DNA of 64,000 nt from Mayamaea pseudoterrestris. Lineage: Eukaryota. Shown piece after piece: positions 11,062-22,970 of the stretch (positions are counted from its first letter, which is position 1; each line of letters opens with the position of its first letter). Under the pieces are notes generated by a model that ran no database searches, was not told where the DNA came from, and was given only the letters and a program-made list of their open reading frames with translations. The position numbers and the translations under genes are program-made. The DNA is taken from the NCBI GenBank assembly GCA_027923505.1, contig BROI01000025.1, positions 124,001 to 188,000 on the forward strand, read 5' to 3'.

Positions 11062-14000
11062 TTAGACTGCAAATCGCTGCATGTTCTGTAGCACTTCTGT
11101 CCGGTAAACAAAATTTGGAAGCGCGTCGGGAGCACCAGTTACTGCACGACAGGCCAAGTCCGCTCTAATCGCAATGTTCCGCACAAGTGCAGGACCATCC
11201 GTGTCTGAAACTGTGTAGTCGCCGACAAACTGCAACAGGCATTGATTGCTGATGCCATTCTCCGTCACAACATTTCTGACTCGCACATTTACCCTATACA
11301 TTCCTGGCTTATGGTTGGCGACAAAAATGACGACCAAGCCAAACGCACCGCCAAGGAAATTACCACAAAGGTCGTACTGGGCAACTGCATCGCTCCCGCG
11401 GTCTGTAAAGCAAATGATTACGAAGTCGTTGCCGATATGACGCTTCCTGTTGACAACATTCCGGCTTCCGTAGCTTGGCATGAGGGAGACAACATGATAC
11501 ACCACTGACGTACTCGCAACTAGAGACTTCGTCTCGTCAATATTAGTCCATGCTAGCGCAAACACTCCATCTGTCTCATGCACCGAAGTATCAAGTCCAC
11601 CTGAAAATGCTTTCAGGGTATTAGTGGGGACTAGTGAGCCCAGACCATTTGCAAAATTGTGAAATGCTGGTGAGCAATGCTTGGACGCGAGTAGCTCAGC
11701 ACCAAGGTCGGAATGCAAATCCTTCAACTCAGGCGATTGATCGTAAAGCAGAGCAAACTTGTGCGTGTTCATTATGGGGGCAAAGTCAAGAACTGAAATG
11801 CCGCGGGCGAGGCCATCATCAAATTTCAATCGGCAGAGGGAGTCGGATGGGAACGATTTTTGCCTCAACAAAAACCCACACGATTTGAGAAAGCTAAGGA
11901 TCTCATGGTGAACAAACGACACGTCTGACTTGCTCGTGAGAAGTTTCTCAAGCCATTCAATGATTATGTCAGTAGCTGGCTTAGACGTTTCAGCGTCACA
12001 CACCAGATGCGACGATTCTTCATTGCCGTCCATGTGTTGCAAGGCTGCGTCAAATCGATCAAGAACGCTGTCGTACATTTTAGGAGGAACGTCTTCAAAT
12101 TCAGGCGATGCCATGAGCGTCTCAAAGCGACCCAATACACCTTTCGTCTTGTCGGGGACGTTGTACTCTGGCAACCCATTACATAACAAGTCGGGATCGC
12201 TTTTGCCGTACTCGACCGAAAAGTTTGGCTTCATCGACAATGATATAAAATCGGGATGCTCCAGATGAAAGTCACTAGGGATCTGGACAACGCACCGATT
12301 TCGACTAGTTGGGCTCCGGAGAATGCATTCTATGCAGCCAACATATCGTGAGTCAGTGGCCCCTAAGCGGAGCGTCAAAAGAAAAAGTTTGTCGACCAAA
12401 AACGCAGCCCGACTTTCATCCTTTGAAGTGTCGTGCAGAAACTGGCGCACTAATCGTTCTTCGTCAACAATTGCCTTTGATTTCGACAAAGATTTTGCCG
12501 CTGCATGATTTTCACCAATCACAAATGTCCGACGGTCAATGCTATTTATCAGATTGAATAAAGCCGCGGCGCACAATGTATTCGACTGGGCGTCAAAAAG
12601 ATTTTTTCGCGCACTCTCCAGCTCGTAGCTGTCGAAAACATCCAATAGATTTGCTACACAATGAAGCCCGAGCAGATTGGGAAAGGTGTCTGGATTCCAA
12701 GAAGTCGCTTCAGCAAAGCGAATAAAAAAATCGAATACAAGGCTGCGGAGGTCGCGTGACAGTGGCGTTGCTGGTCGTATAAGTAGGTCGAACACGACGG
12801 AAAAGATCCCGTCAATGTTGCGTCTGCGACTTATATTACACCCATGTGGGATTTCGTTTGTCGTGCGCGTGCGTATCAAGTCGCAGATATAACTCAGCGC
12901 GTATTCACCGACTGTCGTTTGGCTGCAAACCCCATTCACCAACGAGAGGATTGCGCGAGATGCAGCTGTTTGCTCCATAATTTCATCGGATGCAAAAAGG
13001 CTCGACACCAATTCAAGTGCGAGTTTAAAGTCTTCTGTGATAATATTGGCCGCTTGCAATCCTTGTCGTGCGCTGATAAATATATTTTCGGAGTATTGAA
13101 TGGCAGTAAGGCAGCGTGCATATTCCTCGCTTAAGGTCAATTTCGTTTTGTCAGCTAAAAACAATGTCCGTGCAATCTCGCCCGGGATTTTATAAGAAAA
13201 AAATGCCAGGCAAAAATGTCGCAATATATCGTAACATTGAATTCGCAAGCAAGACCAACTGAACGCGATGGCAGACGAAGGTTGAAACATATTTTCGAAT
13301 GGTTGCTGAAGGTACAGGAGAGCTATTGCGACAATCTTATCGAAGGAGATAACGGTTTTGTCCGAGCCAGATTGAGCTTTGGTTTCGATCATTGCCTCGA
13401 GATTTGGCGCCCCGTGTGTTTCGATGACAGGCGACCGATACGCAGGTGTGGCAGCCTCGAATAATCGGCGTAATACTTTACCAGGAAGATCGATCAATTC
13501 AGTTTTTGTTCGGAACTCGATGTGATTGTCGGTAGCTATCTGTAGCCGAGCGAGAGTGTCAATGGAACATGCGGCGAGGACTGTCGCCATTGTCGCCGTC
13601 TGAGGCTGCGGTGAACAATTGAATGCGTATCGCTTAAAGATAGTTGTAAAGGAATTAACGATACTTGGCACGCAGGCATGGGCATGGGGCAAAGTCGTAA
13701 GGCTTGCAGTCAGACATGACTCAAGTTCGAGGACGGCAGCCAGGCGAATACGATAAGCGATTTCGTGTTGGCATTCGTTTAATGCAATTTGTCGAAGTAA
13801 ATCCACAAAAAATTGTCTGTGATCTCTGTGCCCTGAAGGCGCATAGAACCTTTTTTCAATGTGAGTTGTAAAAATAGGGACAGACTAGCCACGGCCCTTA
13901 GACTTACAGGCGTCCAATCAGCTGGATTGCATAAGAGGCAAGGCTCGTATATCGAGTGATCGGCGTTGCCTGCTCGAAAATGGACTCCATCTCTTGCGCG

Positions 14001-16276
14001 TACTCATCGTAAGAAGGTTCGGCCGGAGGCATTTCCTTTGACGTAGGTGGCACTTCCAATTCAGCATCCGCTATCTCGGGAGACTGAATAATAAGCTCCA
14101 ACACAGGATTAATTACGCCGATAAATTGTAGATACTGCTCCCGCGTATGTTGGGTCAAAACAAGGAGTGATGGGGCTCGTTCCGGATCGGTTGTCATGGT
14201 CACTGAGACTGCAGACGATTCTGCCTTCGTTAGCACAGTCAAAGCTTTTAGTCGAACAGATGGTTTATGAATGAAAAAGCCTGGACTGTATTTTCCGAAG
14301 GCTTCATTTAAAAGCTTCGACGCAGTCTGACTCCAGTCTTCAAGACGAAAAGGAAAGAAACCAAACTTTGACCAGCATTCGACCACCGCCAGGCCGACTG
14401 TCTCAGCCTGATGGGGATTCAGCAAGGTTGCGACACTCCGAAGCAAGACCAAATACAAGCTCTCTTGAGCACTGTAGTCGACAAACGGTGTATTCTGGTA
14501 AATTGTCCAATATTCCAAGCTTCGACAAAGTTGGTTGACAAACTGCTTTATATTTTCTCGAACCAATACAGAGGCAATCTTCTTTGTGCAAAGCCATGGG
14601 ATTAGAGAATTCTCGAGGTGTCGTATCAATATGTTCCATTCGAGCTCTGTAAATTTGCCTCCCACTTCACTGCTGCTTTGTTCATTCTCCATAGACCTAT
14701 CCAGCGACAAGAACATCTCGGCGACTACAAAAGACAAATCCGAGGTCATAATATGTTCGCCAGCCGAACTAAATACTTTGAAAAGGCTAATTGTCATTGG
14801 CAGTATCATCTCCAAGAATGGCATCCAGTATATGCGCAGAAGACCCAAGCTCGCAGGTCTCTCGGACGACACCCAAAACGCCGTGCTCAGAATCTTGATG
14901 GCTAACGCCGCTTGGAAACAAAACGCGCAGTGCTGGTCGTTCCACTCACGAGTTGGCATGATTCGGCATAGCTCCGACGAAACGTCAACGAGAGCAATTC
15001 TCTTCATGAGCAAATTTACGCATGCATCAGCCAAACCATCATCCGCCAACAAGAACAGTAGCAAATCTTCAATATCTTCCATGCAAGAGTCGGTGTAGTT
15101 TGAAAGATCCGCACGCTGGTTCATGTTATTGGCATCAGCTTGCGTTTGCCGGCGCACACGTAGTTGCAAATTCCCATAGAGCTCACACGTCGTTTCCACG
15201 ACTTGCATGGCGGTATCATGTCGCAGCATGCTGCGCGACCCCATGGTCGTCAATATGGAAAGCGCCTCTGCTCCACAAGCCATGTTTGATTCTATGTCAA
15301 CGTCGTCCAATGCTGTACCAGCGAGAGGTAGATTGTCGTCGCAACAGTGAAACGCATGAATGAAATGCAATCGCTCCGTCGCCACCTGCAGTGATGCATT
15401 GACAATCCTGTTAACCATGTCGTCGTTCCGTGGAGTCCATCCGTTGGCCAGCAAATCGTTCACATTCGCCAGCACCTCCATGCAAAGGTGTTCGGTATCA
15501 TCGGTTTCTTGAGATTGCTCGCACGCCGCCACGTCCAGCCACGTTGCTACCATGCTATTCAGCGGCTCGTGCACGTCCGGAATGCTCCACGTGACTTTGT
15601 CGCTACCATCAGCAGCCGCCTGGTGGCATAAGCACGACACGATTGTGAACTGCGCCTGCAAAAGTGCGGCGGGCAGCATGCCAACAGTATGGTTGTTTCG
15701 AGACAGCACGGACGCGGCGAAGCGAATCATGGCGGCGGGAAGCACTTCTGGAACACTGCGAGTACTACTACTACTACTAGCAGTAGGCTCGTCTTGCTGC
15801 TGATGACTCCACGACGCGCCTCGCGTTCGTTGCTGCCAATCGTGATTGCCGTGACGCAGTTGCATTCGCTGCTTGGCGTAGTCGCGCTGACGCTGCCAGG
15901 CTGGGCCTACCATGACGCGACATAGTGTTGCGACTGCCGACAGCGCTGCTTTTTGTATACTCCTGTATTCTTGTTGCTCAGCCTTGGCCGTGTCGTTGTC
16001 GGCTGCCTCCCCGACTGCAGCAGCTGCTACTGAAGCTAATTGCCGAAACCTTAACTCGACGCCTTGAAGGGCCAGAAAAATATCCGACGAATCAATATTT
16101 TGCTGGTCACTGCTCGCTAGGTGATTATCGTTTAAAACTTGCGACAGCAAGTGTACCAAGTCAATGGCTTGCCGGAACGACTTGCATATCCACAGCGCTT
16201 CACAAATGGCGGAAACGTCATGCTGCGGGCGCGTAGAGACTCTCGTTATAGTTGGAGAAGGAGTTGCAAATGACAT
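11062..16276 (-). CDS. TSC2: Tuberin/TSC2-like large protein with C-terminal Rap/Ran-GAP domain; predicted intron 13850-13907
   Basis: FSGGLDT and YHVVSLMP...RKRHIGNDFV GAP motifs; two long ORFs joined in frame by a GTAAG..AG intron. Confidence 0.7.
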
Positions 16277-16604
16277 TGTAGATGTTAAAGAGAGAAATGT
16301 GAAGTCATGCTAATTGTTAGCAGTAGTCGCCGCAAAAAGTCCATTCATGGTCGTGCTGCTTCTTGGTGATGACAGAGATGATGTGTTTGTCAATCGAGCG
16401 ATCCGCAACTGCAACGAAATGTCGCAGCGAAACATAATTGGTACCGGTAGCGCTACGACAGTTTTAGACGCGATACGACGCCACCGCGTTCGACCGCAGC
16501 CGCGCCAGGGCAGCAAAACGGATTTGATTTCAATACAGCGACCACTACTTACCTCTTCAATTAGCACTTGTAAGCTACAATAAGATTAAACGAAGCAGTG
16601 ACAC

Positions 16605-17975
16605 ATGCGGAGCGGAGCCGTCAACAATCACAAGGCCATGACGCCGTCGCGTCGGAGCGAAAGCTTTCCACGGTCGCCGCTTGTTGAAAGTCAGCAGCAG
16701 CAGCCATCATCTTCGTTTCAAAACACTATTATTGACGACAAGACTCTGTTGTTACTCGACAGCATTGCCTCCAAACAGTCATGCTTGATGAATTTGTCAT
16801 TGACATTGACACTCTACGTGCCGAGCGCATGCGTCGGCGCACTCATTGGCCGCAAAGGCGCCACCATGGTGGAGCTGCAAACGTTTGCGGCAAAGTATTC
16901 CACCACGAGTCAGCCCGTGCGCATTTCCGTCGTTCATGGAACGAATCAGCAGCAGCAGCAGGATCAAGCAAGTAGTAATAATACGAACAGCAAGACTGCT
17001 GCTCCTGCTCCTGCCGACGCGCAACAAAACCACGCGGCACTTCCCTCCAGCAGCATTCCGACGCATACGCCTCCCGACCTTTTTAATCCGCACTGGACAC
17101 CCGTCGTTGTCAAGGCCGACGCCAAGGCTTGTTTGGCGGCGGGACTGGCCGTGCAGAGTCACGTTGCGGCAGCGGCAGCAGTCGCAAGTGCAGCAAGCAG
17201 TAGTAATCACCATAATGAGTGTTGTGACAATGACAACTGTGACGACGACGTGGTGCTGGACGTGCCCGTGGCGCGCACCAAGCATTCCGCCATGGTTGGA
17301 AAGCGCGGCGTGCTACTCGCCAACGCGTCGGCCGACTTTGGCGTGCGCATCATGGTGCCGGCCAAGCAAGCCAGTAACAATATGAACGTTATTCAACTCG
17401 AGGGCAAGTTGGTCAACGTCATTTCATGCTTGGAGCGCCTCATGTCGATTGCAGTGACAATCAAGGGGACAGTGAATAACAACAACACGGTTGCTGCTGC
17501 TACGACCAAGAAGCAAGGCTCAAATGCAGCAGCAGCAAGTACTCCAAGTGGAACATCACCCGAGACTGCAGTTGAGTCAAACGATGGACCTGCACCATTA
17601 CATCAACATCAAGCCACCATTACGCTTGCCGTATGTCCGGCACTAGCCAAGGTTCGCTCCATTGTTCGCAAGACGGATACCATCGTTAAGAGGAAGCAAG
17701 TCCCCGCAGCAAGTAATGCCCCGTTGGCGTCGGAGGAAGCAATGGTTGACGAGGAAACTATAAATGACGCTGACAATGCAACGACCGACAGCAAAGTCAC
17801 GTCGTCAACGGCAGTATTTTCATGGGAGTTGACTGTGAGTGGCAACACGCACGAGTCGGTGCAAGCGGCCGTGGACTTGCTGCAGGCGGCGTCGGCGACG
17901 GCGCATCCAGCCCCGAAACCTTTGTGGCACCGGCGGCGGCGGCCAGCGAACAAACCAAAAGGTAATGGTAAATGA
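16605..17975 (+). CDS. KH-domain RNA-binding protein
   Basis: VPSACVGALIGRKG and HSAMVGKRG KH GxxG loops; a possible degenerate third KH. Confidence 0.8.
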   Translation: MRSGAVNNHKAMTPSRRSESFPRSPLVESQQQQPSSSFQNTIIDDKTLLLLDSIASKQSCLMNLSLTLTLYVPSACVGALIGRKGATMVELQTFAAKYSTTSQPVRISVVHGTNQQQQQDQASSNNTNSKTAAPAPADAQQNHAALPSSSIPTHTPPDLFNPHWTPVVVKADAKACLAAGLAVQSHVAAAAAVASAASSSNHHNECCDNDNCDDDVVLDVPVARTKHSAMVGKRGVLLANASADFGVRIMVPAKQASNNMNVIQLEGKLVNVISCLERLMSIAVTIKGTVNNNNTVAAATTKKQGSNAAAASTPSGTSPETAVESNDGPAPLHQHQATITLAVCPALAKVRSIVRKTDTIVKRKQVPAASNAPLASEEAMVDEETINDADNATTDSKVTSSTAVFSWELTVSGNTHESVQAAVDLLQAASATAHPAPKPLWHRRRRPANKPKGNGK

Positions 17976-18244
17976 ATAATAAAACTGATAACATTAAATT
18001 TCGCCTTAAATTGAGTCTGTAAACTATTGTAGGTGCAAGCTTTTGTTTGTTTATGACTTGCCAGTAAAACTCAGTCATTGGAGCTCCTCCGTCATTTCTG
18101 CAGCAATGATTCGAATCATCACGCACATTGAAAGGTCCATATAGCAATTCGGTGCTCAGATTTGTACAGCACAACCGTGTGGTCACGAAGAGTCTTGCCG
18201 TCGGCACGTTTGCCATTATGCTCCACGCGCCGTTCAGTATTTGT

Positions 18245-19720
18245 TCATCCACTAATTGCGCCATGTAGTCGATGTAGCTCAATACTCGCACGCATCTCCG
18301 ACCCTGCTGGACAAGATTCTGGATACAATATCGCATGCACCCGACCCATGTACACTGGATTGTGAATATTGTGAAAGGAGACACTGTCGGGCGCCGCCGC
18401 ATCCAAACCATACTGCGGACCCACCGTTTCGTTGTTTCGCGATGGATGCGGCAACGCTTCAAAGTAAGCTTGCTGCCGCGCCTGCAGTGAAGCGCCACGA
18501 CCACTCCTGGGCCGCGACTTGTAAATGGTCGATGGTTGCGCTCCGTGGTAGCGCTGCTGACCAGTTTCCAGGTGTCGCGTGTCGTACGGATAAATACCGA
18601 CTTGCCGGAGGCATTGCGAAACGAGCTTGTCTTCAAACGGCGCGACTGTATCTACCTGGCACGTTGGCAGCGAATCGTCGACAAGCGCCAATAGCGCTGC
18701 TCGATTCAAGGTATATCCTGGACCTCCCGCCACGTATGGATGCTCTCGCTGCCGCACCCATTGGCCCAAATGGAGCGGCGTTTGACGATCGTGTTCCGGC
18801 AAGTTGCCAAGAAACGCTCGCATGTTTTCCACCAAAACATACATGTCGTCGCCTCCCAAGTGGAAAAAGTCGTAGTCGTCAGCGTAGTAGCGTCTAATAT
18901 AAGACCAAATGCTTTTCACCTTTTGCCACATGTTGTCGTATGTTTCGTCTCCATCGTGACGCAGACGCACCAAGCCGAGTGCAGCCACCGTTTCCGTCGA
19001 AAAGGCGACAAAGCCGTCACACTTGTATCCGTACGATAGTGCCGCCACGCGAGCGAGCGAACGCATGGGAAAATGCGTGTAATTGGCGCACAGTAAGCGA
19101 ATCGGCGGCGAATAAGATGCGTTTGATGCAACTTGAATTTGTCGCGTCAGCAGCTCGACGCCTTCGAAAGCTTCGTCCATGGTACCAGCTGGTTTGGAGC
19201 AAACGTTTCGTAACGCAGTAATATTTTCTTGCGGCGGAACATGGTAGTGCAGCAGTAGACTTTGATATGGAGAATAGGCATCCTCAGCAGTGTTCGATGA
19301 GCGAATCCGTCGAAGAAGAAACTCTTCTCGTGCACGAGCCAAGGCTTTTGGGTCAGCCACGTATCCGTAGCTTCCATTCGCAAAGTAGGCACCGAAAAAA
19401 TGATCCCGTTCGTTAGTCGCTGGTGTGACATTTCTGGCGGCAGAGTTGTTGCCATCAAGATGCATATTGGAAGCAATGACATTTGACAAGGGCAGCTCGT
19501 CGGCCGAGCTCTTTGTCTCTCGCAGTATAACCGTTGCATGCTGAATGTGATTATCATTGTCTTCCAATGTTATTCTTGTTTGCCGGTTTAGCAGTTGAGA
19601 ATCCCAGTACAAGACTATAACTAAAAATGCAAAGATTGACCACTGAAACAACCTGCATCGTTTCCATTGTCGTCTCTGATTACTACTACTAAATCTCATC
19701 AATGCCATTCTAAATTTCAT
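18245..19720 (-). CDS. GT31 family glycoprotein-N-acetylgalactosamine 3-beta-galactosyltransferase (C1GALT1-like)
   Basis: Type II TM anchor; CDGFVAFST, NMWQKV, YDFFHLGGDDMYVLVENMR, YVAGGPGY and ED motifs. Confidence 0.85.
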   Translation of the reverse strand: MKFRMALMRFSSSNQRRQWKRCRLFQWSIFAFLVIVLYWDSQLLNRQTRITLEDNDNHIQHATVILRETKSSADELPLSNVIASNMHLDGNNSAARNVTPATNERDHFFGAYFANGSYGYVADPKALARAREEFLLRRIRSSNTAEDAYSPYQSLLLHYHVPPQENITALRNVCSKPAGTMDEAFEGVELLTRQIQVASNASYSPPIRLLCANYTHFPMRSLARVAALSYGYKCDGFVAFSTETVAALGLVRLRHDGDETYDNMWQKVKSIWSYIRRYYADDYDFFHLGGDDMYVLVENMRAFLGNLPEHDRQTPLHLGQWVRQREHPYVAGGPGYTLNRAALLALVDDSLPTCQVDTVAPFEDKLVSQCLRQVGIYPYDTRHLETGQQRYHGAQPSTIYKSRPRSGRGASLQARQQAYFEALPHPSRNNETVGPQYGLDAAAPDSVSFHNIHNPVYMGRVHAILYPESCPAGSEMRASIELHRLHGAISG

Positions 19721-19954
19721 CAAATAAGTCTTTTGAAGGTGTTTTTGTATATCATTTCAGCAAAGCAAGCGGATGGCGAGGGGAGCGAGCAAATCGCATC
19801 ATTTTCTCCATGGTCGACTGAATTCCGTGTGGCATAACCGCTGCGACATTGCGCGACAGATTGAGACTTGCCGCGATCTTCCATCTTCCATCAACCACCA
19901 TGGCTCGGACTGACACACTTTGTGGATGAGCAAGCTGAACCACGAGATTTGACA

Positions 19955-21397
19955 ATGACGACTTCAGTGAATTTGCGCCACCTACTGGTCCTATGCCTGC
20001 TTATTATCCCCAAGTGTTTCGCGTTTACGCTAGTCCATCATGGACGGTCCACTCCATCACGAGCCAGATTTCTATCGGCCACCACTACAGCTCAACCATT
20101 TAAAAATGACGTTTGCACCATACAAATACTCATGTCAGACACTGGCGGCGGCCATCGCGCATCCGCCAACGCCTTGAAGGATGCCTTCGACGTGCTCTTT
20201 CCGGGACGCATCGTTTGCGACATTTGCGACATTTACACCGAATATGGTCCCTTTTGGCCGTACAACGACTATCCCGGCATGTACAAAGTCATGGCGAAGA
20301 ATACATGGTCATGGGACTTGTTTTTCAAGTTTGGATCAACGTCGTTTGGAGAATGGGTCAACAAGGTTTGCTTGGAGCTCTTTTGCTTTGGTCCCTTTCG
20401 CGAGTGCATGGCGCGCGATGCGTGCAACACGGGCAAACGCGCCGATTTGGTCATTAGCGTTCATCCACTCTGCCAAGACTTGCCACTCCGCATTTTGGCG
20501 AGCTTGGATTCCAACGGCGCGACGCGTAGCTTGAGTGCGCGCAAAACGCCGTTTTGTACCGTCGTGACGGATCTTGGAGGAGCTCATCCAACCTGGTTTC
20601 ATGCGGGCGTCGATAAATGTTTCGTTCCTTCGGATGCATTGTATGCGCAAGCCAAGGGTCGCGGACTCGAGTCGCATCAGATTGTGCAGCACGGATTACC
20701 GATACGCAAGGGCTTTTGGGATGGCGGTGTTGGCAAGAATGCAGCGGCTGCTGCCAAGACCAAGGACATTACGGCAATCAAGACGAAACTAGGATTGGAC
20801 AAACACATGCCGACGGTGCTGATTGTTGGAGGTGGAGATGGCATGGGCAACATTGTGGCCATGGCCAAGGCTCTGGGTGAGAAGCTTGGACAGTCAGATA
20901 CCAAGACGCAAATGGTGGTGGTTTGCGGAAGCAATAAAGAAGCAGAGGCCGAATTGGATGAGGTGACTTGGGGCGTTAGTGTCAAGACATATATTCGTGG
21001 TTTTGTCAATAATATGGACGAGTGGATGTCTGCATCGGATGTTTTAGTGACCAAGGCTGGTCCAGGGACGATTGCGGAAGCATCCATCTGCGGGCTACCT
21101 TGTATGCTGTTCGCGTTCTTACCGGGGCAGGAGGAAGGAAACATTCCATACGTGGAGAATGCTGGCTTTGGGAAATACAGTGGAGACCTCCCTGTGATTG
21201 CCGAAACAGTCAATCGCTGGTTATCAAACCCGGGAATACTGGCGGAGATGAAGCAAAATGCAATAAAGGCAGCTCGACCGCAAGCAACCTTGGACATTGC
21301 TAAGGATATTGGTGAGATGGTATTCAAGACTAAGGAAAACAGGCAGGACAAAGTACTTGTTCCGGTATCACGGAAGCGGGGTTCTGCCGCTCGCTAA
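19955..21397 (+). CDS. MGD: Monogalactosyldiacylglycerol synthase (GT28), plastid-targeted
   Basis: ILMSDTGGGHRASA, SVHPLCQ, TVVTDLG, GGGDGMG, TKAGPGTIAEA and PGQEEGN; signal peptide ending CFA-F. Confidence 0.95.
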   Translation: MTTSVNLRHLLVLCLLIIPKCFAFTLVHHGRSTPSRARFLSATTTAQPFKNDVCTIQILMSDTGGGHRASANALKDAFDVLFPGRIVCDICDIYTEYGPFWPYNDYPGMYKVMAKNTWSWDLFFKFGSTSFGEWVNKVCLELFCFGPFRECMARDACNTGKRADLVISVHPLCQDLPLRILASLDSNGATRSLSARKTPFCTVVTDLGGAHPTWFHAGVDKCFVPSDALYAQAKGRGLESHQIVQHGLPIRKGFWDGGVGKNAAAAAKTKDITAIKTKLGLDKHMPTVLIVGGGDGMGNIVAMAKALGEKLGQSDTKTQMVVVCGSNKEAEAELDEVTWGVSVKTYIRGFVNNMDEWMSASDVLVTKAGPGTIAEASICGLPCMLFAFLPGQEEGNIPYVENAGFGKYSGDLPVIAETVNRWLSNPGILAEMKQNAIKAARPQATLDIAKDIGEMVFKTKENRQDKVLVPVSRKRGSAAR

Positions 21398-21630
21398 ATG
21401 TCATTCATTGGCTCACGGTCCTGAGGTATGGGCGTAACTTTGCTCTCGTCTCCTTCTCCGAGTTCATGTAATCTATTATTCTAGCATTGGTTAACAGCAT
21501 CTTTTGGATATGATGTCATGTTAACTGATAGGACGGCCGAACGAGGCACGAGCCATCATGTGTAGCTTCGCGCACAGCGCAGCAATGTACTAATTTACAC
21601 GAGCCTCTCTACTATGAATCTACGTGTGCA

Positions 21631-22548
21631 CTATAGCATGACAGGTCCACAGTCTTGTACTTCAAAGTCGACTTGCTCCTGTCCGTAGAATGGCGACCTA
21701 TCGAGCGTCAAGGTGCGTCGCCCACTCACCGATTTGGCAACCGAAAACGTTTGGTTGACGCATTGCGCCCACGACAAGCCAAGCGCTGGCTCGTCCACAC
21801 AATGACTGCTTGAAGTGATTGATATTTTACTGGTGACTTGGTTTAGAACAAGAATAGGAAGCTTGAATTCGTCGCTGATTCGTTTCAGGCTCGCTGCCAG
21901 CTGAAACAATGCAGCCGATCGCGCTGCAAAAGTTCCATCAAGGAAGCGAAAGAGAGATGCAATGTCATCCAGAACTAATACTTGTATATTGTTGATGAAT
22001 TTTGTATCATTATCATTGTTTGCTTTTTCGTCGTGTCGTTGTTGCTGCTGCTGCTGAAGAAGGCGTACAAGCTCTCCACTAATTGGATGTAGTAGCGCTT
22101 GTAAATCATCGGGAGACATGACGGCCTTGATGAGAATCCGACGTAATATTTCGTTCGTTGACTGTGTACTGTTGCTTGCTCTGGCCATTTGATCGAGCCG
22201 CTGGGCAATCACGGCGTGTCGAATTGATCCAAGTGAAAGGTAGACTGCTGAAACCACAACGTCTGCGTCGAAATTCATGCACTTTCCCTGAAGAGCAGCG
22301 TGTAGACATACTGATAATGCAATTTGCGTCTTGGCACATCCAGCAGGCCCAGATAATTGATTGATGCCATTGCGTAGACAAGTCCAAGAAGGCAAAGATG
22401 ATGTTGCGTGAATCTGATCTGAGCCGAGCAAAAGCGATGGAAAGACTTTGGTGTATCGACGTAACAATGCCAAGGCTGTCACTGGTTGCACCAATGATGT
22501 ATGTTGCTGCCGTGGCGATCCTTTCGCGCCACTATAAGGCCTCTTCAT
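21631..22548 (-). CDS. XRCC3: RAD51 paralogue, XRCC3-like
   Basis: GINQLSGPAGCAKTQ (Walker A variant), VLVLDDIA (Walker B), ILVLNQV and PALGLSWAQCVN; start chosen at ATG 22548. Confidence 0.7.
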   Translation of the reverse strand: MKRPYSGAKGSPRQQHTSLVQPVTALALLRRYTKVFPSLLLGSDQIHATSSLPSWTCLRNGINQLSGPAGCAKTQIALSVCLHAALQGKCMNFDADVVVSAVYLSLGSIRHAVIAQRLDQMARASNSTQSTNEILRRILIKAVMSPDDLQALLHPISGELVRLLQQQQQQRHDEKANNDNDTKFINNIQVLVLDDIASLFRFLDGTFAARSAALFQLAASLKRISDEFKLPILVLNQVTSKISITSSSHCVDEPALGLSWAQCVNQTFSVAKSVSGRRTLTLDRSPFYGQEQVDFEVQDCGPVML

Positions 22549-22970
22549 GCTGCATCCAATGATCCACAGACAATTAAAAATGATGGCGGTCTCTCGGTCT
22601 TCGTCAAGGATTTGTGCATGTCGTACCGTTAATGCAACGGACAAATAAATAAATGAAGTGGAAACTTCACCAAGATCGTTCGTTACATAAATAAACTCCC
22701 GCGAAGCGATACTGGTATACTGATAAGCCGAAAGGAGGTACGCGGTGCTTACCAATACTACTATTTGTAGAATATAATATAAAGTTATATCGGGAGCCTT
22801 CTCGAATGCAACATTGTATTTCTTGTAAAAGGACAATTAAACATCCCTGGTTTATTCGCCAATGTAAATAACGTTACCAATGTCATCCCTAGTAACACTA
22901 CAAAAAAGAAGAGCGGTAGATGTCAGCTGCAAAAGATCATCGCATATAATACGGTACAGAGGTTTACTTA

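Noticed and set aside
17797..18897. Overlapping ORFs of 279 aa (-) and 213 aa (+)
   Set aside because: Alternative or antisense frames of the GT31 and KH genes with no motifs
22549..22836. Hydrophobic N-terminal extension on the XRCC3-like ORF
   Set aside because: TTG start and AT-rich; likely non-coding open frame upstream of ATG 22548
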